A stretch of DNA of 64,000 nt, taken from NCBI GenBank assembly GCA_964016885.1, contig OZ024753.1:41602001-41666000 (forward strand), read 5' to 3'. Under the pieces are notes generated by a model. That model was not told where the DNA came from. It searched no databases and saw only the letters and a program-made list of their open reading frames with translations. The stretch is from Eledone cirrhosa. Its lineage: Eukaryota. Numbering within the stretch: position 1 is the first letter of the stretch; each line of letters begins with the position of its first letter. A program made the position numbers and the translations under genes. This document shows, piece after piece, positions 55,149 to 64,000 of this stretch.

Positions 55149-55936
55149 CTCTCTCTCTCTCTCTGTTAAACTAACTCGGCTCACAGTAAACAATTACACG
55201 GAGAGAGAGAGAAACAGGGAGAGAGAGTGGCATACAGAGAAAGAGTGAGAGATAGTAAAGGGAGAGAGAGAGACATAGAGAGAGTGAGAGAGAATCAGGG
55301 AGAAGAGCGACATACAGAGAAAGAGCAAGAGAGCTAGAGGGAGAGAGAGTGACATACAGAGAGTGAGAGAGAGTGAGTGACATACAGAGAGTGAGAGAGA
55401 GCGCTAGAGGGAGCGAGAGAGAGTTCAATAGCAAAGACACCATGTTAAGCCATCATGTAAACTATCACACACAACACTGGCCAATCTGATTATATGATGA
55501 TGGAGACTGGTGGATACACACACACAGACACACACACAGACACACACACAGACACACACACAGACACACACTCACACACACACACAGCCACACACATTCA
55601 CACACACACGTAAGCACGATCGCCGGCATGCATTTATATTAACCTATGCATGCACAAACACAGATATATATATGTATATATATGTATACATATATATATA
55701 TGTATATATATGTATACATATATATATGTATATATATATATATGTATATATGTATATATATATATGTGTATATATGTATCCTACTATCCTCCCCTATCAT
55801 CTCTCTCTCACTCAATATAAATAGATAGATAGATAGATAGATAGAGCCAGATAAAGCGACTAAACTGAAACTTGGAAGTCATTGCCAATACATTTCTACA
55901 TTTACCCATTCAGTTCACGTTTGAATACTTTAAATA

Positions 55937-56041
<105 letters not shown>

Positions 56042-56227
56042 TGTGTGTGTGTGTTCTTAGAAAAAGTATAGTCCAAGAAAAGACAAGACAAACACAGGGA
56101 TGAAAAAAAAACACAAAGATTTATTAGTTTCACGCTTAGGAAGAATATATACATATATATATATATATATATGTGTGTGTGTATAGTGAGAGAGAGAGTG
56201 AGAGAGAGAGAGAGAGGGGGAGGGAGG

Positions 56228-56283
<56 letters not shown>

Positions 56284-56481
56284 CAGACTTGTTCAATGGG
56301 CAGGTGAGATCATTTGAGGAATCAATGTCATTACTTATGTACCTGTTTAAGTTTTAACACTACAAGTTAATTTCAAACAATTTGCTGATGTATTGATCAA
56401 AATATATTGATAGACACCTCCAAAATAGTTGCTGAATAACTGAAATATATGTGCCTGTGCCAGGATTGAAGCTGCTTTCTG

Positions 56482-56574
<93 letters not shown>

Positions 56575-56877
56575 TTAATTTTACTGAGACGTAGTTTATT
56601 GCAAACACTCATTCTTAAATTTTACTTGTTTCATTCATAGTAATTTTCTGACAGTGTAACACAGTTAAATTAACTGTGAAACTATAGTAAATATTGCTTT
56701 ACTACATAGTTGTAGCTGCCTAGTTAAAGTTTGTGAAGGAGGACCTAGCATACATGAGTTTTGCCTCGGTGAAGGTTGGAACAGAGCTTACGATCGTGCA
56801 GAATAGAGATCTCTTATCGTCTAATGCTCCAAAGAGAACTAAAGAAGACATTTACTCAGTCTCGGTTACCTTTACAC

Positions 56878-56909
<32 letters not shown>

Positions 56910-57027
56910 TAAAGAATGTGTATATCTACCAACATATATATACAGATGCATACCTATGCTAGCAAATATATAGGTTTTGTCTTAGTAACTTTGTGGTTCA
57001 ATGCAAGGGGATGCAGAACAATTATAT

Positions 57028-57325
57028 TAAAGACGTAAAATAAGAAAATTATAAAAATTAACTTACTTACTAAAATTTCACTCCTACTAATTAGTTTCTG
57101 AAAGGGAATAAACATGGTTTCAGAATGGAACAACATGGAGAATGCCTTTCGTCATCAGGAAGTCAATTCTCAGCTAAGAATTAGCTGAGAATTGACTTCC
57201 TGATGACGAAAGGCATTCTCCATGTTGTTCCATTCGGAAACCATGTTTATTCCCTTTCAGAAACTAATTAGTTGGAGTGAAATTTTAGTAAGTTAATTTT
57301 TATAATTTTCTTATTTTACGTCTTT
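57028..57325. repeat. Fold-back, ~148-bp arms with 3-nt spacer, hammerhead in each arm
   Basis: Centre cagctaa-gaa-ttagctg at 57171-57187. Confidence 0.93.
57080..57163 (-). ncRNA. Type I hammerhead ribozyme; mirror copy on + at 57195-57278 has GTT instead of GTA at the cleavage site
   Basis: ACTTC-CTGATGA-cGAAAGG...CCTTTCa-GAAA-CTAATTAG-TA-GGAGT. Confidence 0.72.
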
Positions 57326-57519
57326 CATATATATATATATATATATATACATATGAAAAGATTCAGGACCCCGACGGGTGAGCTCAGGCCGTTTCGACAG
57401 CTAGATCTGTCGGGGTCCTGAATCTTTTCATATTACCCACTCTACTACCCCAACTATCGAGTACTCTGGTGCGTTATGATCCACCTAGTAACTTGCCACA
57501 CCCGCCTATGGTGGTGAGT

Positions 57520-57660
57520 AAGGAGGTAGCCCTGAGGCTGAGGACACCAGAAGTCTCCACTGCCGGGGGTACGACCGCAAACCTGTTGGAGGGCGACGAC
57601 CGGTATTTGAGGAGTTTGGCCTCCTTAGCCCCGCGTGCTGCAGAACCTGGGTCAAGTATG
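57520..57660 (-). mobile_element. Remnant of a restriction-like endonuclease domain (CRE-like non-LTR retrotransposon)
   Basis: PGSAARGAKEAKLLKY...FAVVPPAVETSG resembles the RLE motif AA..aE..K..KY...F.P.avET.G. Confidence 0.55.
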
Positions 57661-57817
57661 AATATTTTACTTTGATTTTTAATATAAGGGATTATAATCC
57701 GCGATAACACGCCACTGGACACTCTATTATGTTCCACAGTTAGACACGCCACTGGACACTCTATTATGTTCCACAGTTAACTAGTTATACCAAGTGAGAG
57801 GAAATGATAGAGATAAG

Positions 57818-58495
57818 GTTATTGTTGATGATGTTGTTGTTGCTGTTGCTGGTAATGTTACTGCGCTTGTTGCTGCTGTTACTGTTTTTTGTTGTTATTG
57901 TAGTTGCCGTTGTTGCCGAAGTTGCTGTTGTTGATGATGCTATTGTTTATGTTGTTGTTGCTGTTGTTACTGTTGTTGTTGTCGTCGTTGCTTTTGTTGT
58001 TGTTGGTGGTGGTGGTGGTGTTATTTTCATTATTATTGCTGTTGTTGTTGCTGTCATTGTAGCTGTTGTTGTTGTTACTATTGTTGCTGTTGTTGTTGTT
58101 GATGATGTTATTGCTGTTACCGTTGTTGTTGTTGCTGTTGTTGTTGTTATTTTCATTGTTATTCCTGTTGTTGCTGTTGTGTTATGGTTGCTGTCATCGT
58201 CATCGTTTTTTGCAGATGTTGTCGTAGTTCTTATTGCTGTTGTTGTTGCTGTTGCTGTTGATGTTGCTGTTGCTGTTGCTGTTGCTGTTGTTGTTGCTGT
58301 TGTTGTTGCTGTTGTTGTTGCTGCAGTTGGTGTTATCGTCATCACCATTGCTGTTGCTGTTGTTGTTGCTGTTGCTGTTGCTGTTGTTGTTGCTGTTGCT
58401 GTTGCTGTTGTTGTTGCTGTTGCTGTTGCTGTTGTTGTTGCTGTTGTTGTTGCTGCAGTTGGTGTTATCGTCATCACCATTGCTGTTGCTGTTGT

Positions 58496-58530
<35 letters not shown>

Positions 58531-58744
58531 TTGTTGCTGTTGCTGTTGCTGTTGTTGTTGCTGTTGCTGTTGCTGTTGTTGTTGCTGTTGTTGTTGCTGC
58601 AGTTGGTGTTATCGTCATCACCATTGCTGTTGCTGTTGTTGCTGTTGCTGTTGCTGTTGCTGTTGTTGTTGTTGTTGCTGTTGTTGTTGCTGTTGTTGCT
58701 GCTGCAGTTGGTGTTATCGTCATCACCATTGCTGTTGCTGTTGT

Positions 58745-58778
<34 letters not shown>

Positions 58779-58951
58779 ATTGTTGCTGTTGTTGTTGCTG
58801 CAGTTGGTGTTATCGTCATCACCATTGCTGTTGCTGTTGTTGTTGCTGTTGCTGTTGCTGTTGCTGTTGTTGTTGCTGTTGTTGTTGCTGTTGTTGTTGC
58901 TGCAGTTGGTGTTATCGTCATCACCATTGCTGTTGCTGTTGTTGTTGTTGT
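57818..58951. repeat. GTT/GCT trinucleotide array with a recurring spacer gcagttggtgttatcgtcatcaccatt
   Basis: Spacer recurs six times between 58320 and 58930. Confidence 0.92.
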
Positions 58952-59703
58952 ATCAATATCTCCACAACTACCAATATAAATATCATTATCGTTCCATCTC
59001 AGATCTCAGGCTAATATGACTAATTTCACATACGATGGATGTTTGGCCATTTTTACAACTAACTTAATCCTAAAGTTAACCAGCGGCTTACGTAATCACA
59101 CATATACACATATACATACACACACACACACACATATATATACCTATATACACACCAACACACACATACACTCACATACACACACATTCACACACACATA
59201 CACACATACACCTATATACACACCAACACACACATGCACTCACATACACTCACACACACAACACACACACACACATACACCTACACACATACACCTATAT
59301 ACACACCAACACACACATGCACTCACATACACTCACACACACAAAACATACATTCACACACACACACACACATACACCTACACACATACACCTATATACA
59401 CCAACACACACATACACTCACATACACTCACACACACAACACACATTCACACACACACACATACACCTACACACATACACCTATATACACACCAACACAC
59501 ACATACACTCACATACAACACCTACACACACACATACACCTACACACATACACCTATATACACACCAACACACACATACACTCACATACAACACCTACAC
59601 ACAAACAAAACATACATACACACACACCTACACACATCTATACGCACACATAAGACACCCGAACTCACTCATGTATATACACGCATATACATTCACACAT
59701 ACA

Positions 59704-59737
<34 letters not shown>

Positions 59738-60189
59738 CATACATAGCTACATACATACATACATACATACATACATACATACATACATAGCTACATACAT
59801 ACATACATACATACATACATACATACATACATACATACATAGCTACATACATACATACAGACAGACAGACAGACAGACAGACAGATGGACAGACTTACGT
59901 ATGTGTCTATGTACATACGTAGAGAGAGAGAGAAGTAGTGGGCGTGAGGGAGAGAGTGGGAGAGGGTGAGAGAGAGAGAGGGGGAGTGGGCGCGAAAGAG
60001 GGGGGTATAAACAACCATAAATCTAAATGCGCAGCTGATATATCTCTCTAAACACAAACACTGGATAATTCCTGTTACTACAACAACAACAACAACAACA
60101 GCAACAGTATCACCAACAACAACATCATCATCATCACCAGCAACCCCACTGCCACCAACATCACCAACAACAACCCCACCAATAACATC

Positions 60190-61640
60190 ACCACCACCAG
60201 ACCAACAACAGCATCACCATAACCACACCATCACCACCACCACCAGACCAACAACAGCATCACCATAACCACACCACCATCACCACCACCAGACCAACAA
60301 CAGCATCACCATAACCACACCACCATCACCACCACCAGACCAACAACAGCATCACCATAACCACACCATCACCACCACCAGACCAACAACAGCATCACCA
60401 TAACCACACCATCACCACCACCAGACCAACAACAGCATCACCATAACCACACCATCACCACCACCACCAGACCAACAACAGCATCACCATAACCACACCA
60501 CCATCACCACCACCAGACCAACAACAGCATCACCATAACCACACCATCACCACCACCAGACCAACAACAGCATCACCATAACCACACCATCACCACCACC
60601 AGACCAACAACAGCATCACCATAACCACACCATCACCACCACCAGACCAACAACAGCATCACCATAACCACACCATCACCACCACCACCAGACCAACAAC
60701 AGCATCACCATAACCACACCACCATCACCACCACCAGACCAACAACAGCATCACCATAACCACACCACCATCACCACCACCAGACCAACAACAGCATCAC
60801 CATAACCACACCATCACCACCACCAGACCAACAACAGCATCACCATAACCACACCATCATCATCACCACCAGACCAACAACAGCATCACCATAACCACAC
60901 CATCATCATCACCACCAGACCAACAACAGCATCACCATAACCACACCACCATCACCACCACCAGACCAACAACAGCATCACCATAACCACACCATCACCA
61001 CCACCAGACCAACAACAGCATCACCATAACCACACCATCATCATCACCACCAGACCAACAACAGCATCACCATAACCACACCATCACCACCACCAGACCA
61101 ACAACAGCATCACCATAACCACACCATCATCATCACCACCAGACCAACAACAGCATCACCATAACCACACCATCACCACCACCACCAGACCAACAACAGC
61201 ATCACCATAACCACACCACCATCACCACCACCAGACCAACAACAGCATCACCATAACCACACCACCATCACCACCACCAGACCAACAACAGCATCACCAT
61301 AACCACACCATCACCACCACCAGACCAACAACAGCATCACCATAACCACACCATCACCACCACCACCAGACCAACAACAGCATCACCATAACCACATCAT
61401 CACCACCACCACCAGACCAACAACAGCATCACCATAACCACACCATCATCACCACCAGACCAACAACAGCATCACCATAACCACACCACCATCACCACCA
61501 CCAGACCAACAACAGCATCACCATAACCACACCATCATCACCACCAGACCAACAACAGCATCACCATAACCACACCACCATCACCACCACCAGACCAACA
61601 ACAGCATCACCATAACCACACCATCACCACCACCAGCGCC
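60190..61640. repeat. ~40-43-bp minisatellite (accaccagaccaacaacagcatcaccataaccacaccatc), followed by degenerate CAC/CAA array to ~63110
   Basis: Direct inspection. Confidence 0.95.
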
Positions 61641-63487
61641 AACACCAACATCACTATCACCAGGAACGTCCTCAGCAACCACAACTCCACCAATAACATC
61701 ACCACCACCACTACACCACCACCACCACTACACCACAACACCTTCACTGCCATCACCATCACCGCCATCACCATCACCACCATCACCACACCAACGCCAA
61801 CTCCAACAACATCACCACCACCACCACCACACCACCATCATCACCACCACCACCACCACACCACCATCATCACCACCAACAACACCACCACCACTACACC
61901 ACCAACAGCATCACCACAACACCTTCACCACCATCACCATCACCACCATCACCACACCAACGCCAACTCCAACAACATCACCACCACCACCACCACACCA
62001 TCATCACCACCACCACCACCACCACCCACAACACCACCACCACCACCCACAACATTACCACCACCAACAACACCAACATCACCACCACCACCACACCACC
62101 ATCACCACCACCACAACACCCATAACACCACCAACAACAACACCAACAACACCACCACCACCACACCAACATCACCACCACCACAACACCCATAACACCA
62201 CCAACAACAACACCAACAACACCACCACCACCACACCACCATCACCACCACCACAACACCCATAACACCACCAACAACAACACCAACAACACCACCACCA
62301 CCACACCATCATCACCACCACCACCACCACCACCCACAACATCACCACCACCACCACACCACCATCACCACCACCACAACACCCACAACACCACCACCAC
62401 AACACCCACAACACCACCACCACAACACCCACAACACCACCAACAACATCACCACCACCACCACACCAACATCACCACCACCACAACACCCACAACACCA
62501 CCACCAACAACACCAACATCACCACCACCACAACACCAACATCACCACCACCACAACACCCACAACACCACCACCACAACACCCACAACACCACCACCAC
62601 CACCACCACCATCACCACCACCACAACACCCACAACACCACCAACAACAACACCAACAACACCACCACCAACAACACCAACACCACCACCACCACCACAC
62701 CACCATCACCACCACCACAACACCCACAACACCACCAACAACAACACCAACATCACCACCACCACAACACCCACAACACCACCACCAACAACACCAACAT
62801 CACCACCACCACAACACCCACAACACCACCACCAACAACACCAACATCACCACCACCACAACACCCACAACACCACCACCACAACACCCACAACACCACC
62901 ACCACAACACCCACAACACCACCACCATAACACCACCATCACCACCACCACAACACCCACAACACCACCAACAACAACACCAACAACACCACCACCAACA
63001 ACACCAACATCACCACCACCACAACACCCACAACACCACCACCAACAACACCAACAACACCACCACCACAACACCCACAACACCACCACCACAACACCAC
63101 CAACAACAACAGTAGATATAAGCTTAGTATGAAGGGTTTAATTGCGTTCAGTGTTTGTGTGATGAATGTTAAAGAAACAATGTTTATATATTTATATATT
63201 TATATATTTATATATTGTAGTTTAATCCATGTTTCGCGTAGTTGGGACTTAATTAGCAACAAAGCTCAACGAAGGTTACATGGCTTTGATTTTCAAAAGT
63301 GGGATCCGTCTTATTTTGTGAAAGCTCTCTAGTAACGGGCGACTGGGAGCTCTTTAGTAATATATCTTGTGGAATTAAACCCTGCTGACAAGTCTTATTA
63401 ACTCCTCCCAAGCTGTCTCTTCTACCTTCGTCGGTTTACGACGAGGATTATTTCAGTGGAATGATCAGACACTTATACTGTAATAAC

Positions 63488-63667
63488 TGTTTCTACTTTT
63501 AGCACAAGGCCAGCAATTATCTCAGTACGTTACTGGTACTTTATTTTATCGACCCCATAAGGATAAAAGGCAAAGTTAACCTCGGCGGGATTTGAACTCA
63601 GAATGACAAGGGCCGTAACTCTATGCGTCAAAGCATGGAGTCCGACCCTCTACCGATACTGCCAGTC
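63488..63667 (-). mobile_element. SINE with 18-bp TSD (one mismatch)
   Basis: cacttatactgtaataac 63470-63487 / cacttatattgtaataac 63668-63685. Confidence 0.85.
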
Positions 63668-64000
63668 CACTTATATTGTAATAACGAGATGGATGACTGT
63701 ACTTGTCATACACTGTGTTGTGCTGAATCTCCCTGAGAACTGAGTTAAGGGTTCATGTGTCTGTGGAATGTTCAGCCACATGCTATAATACAAGATGGAC
63801 GACTGTTCCTGTAATTCAAAGAGCCAGCCTTGTTACACAATGACCTGCTGAATCTCCCTGAGAATTTTATGATTTCATTCGAACGAAACAGTTCTACTCA
63901 TGCACAGAATTATTAAAAGCTGGAGAGCTGCTCTTTTAATGATTCTGTTACTGTCTACCTTGGGTAACCAAGAAAGTCTTGGACATCTACAAGAAATGTA

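Noticed and set aside
57804-59019. Poly-V/A, poly-T/A (mucin- or antifreeze-like) and poly-L ORFs
   Set aside because: Open in several frames on both strands because of GTT/GCT repeats; no splice or domain support. It cannot be fully excluded without RNA data.
60190-61640. Regular ~41-bp repeats resembling a CRISPR array
   Set aside because: Head-to-tail units with no unique spacers and no cas genes; a eukaryotic minisatellite.

Overview
Eukaryotic, AT- and microsatellite-rich genomic DNA; the SINE/MITE/(TA)n landscape suggests a coleoid cephalopod such as Octopus (inference, not proven). Two protein-coding genes lie on the minus strand. (1) A 29-exon integrin beta subunit (CDS ~30338->4104, ~945 aa, assembled by hand with phase-consistent splice junctions). 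It is strongly atypical: a ~160-aa S/T/E-rich N-terminal extension built from symmetric phase-1 mini-exons, MIDAS DxSxS changed to DxTxT, no ADMIDAS aspartates, a shortened Cys-free specificity loop, a paired loss of one I-EGF3 disulfide, and a cytoplasmic tail lacking HDRRE and the proximal NPxY. (2) A NeuroD bHLH gene (single coding exon 38595->37021, 524 aa) with polyQ/H/N tracts. The non-coding DNA holds tRNA-derived SINEs, MITEs, LINE remnants and satellites. It also holds many unrelated short fold-back elements, mostly embedded in (TA)n, several of which fold into type I hammerhead ribozymes (Penelope-like pseudo-LTR signature), including one with a U3-A8 covariant core. Most ORF-track entries are translations of microsatellites.
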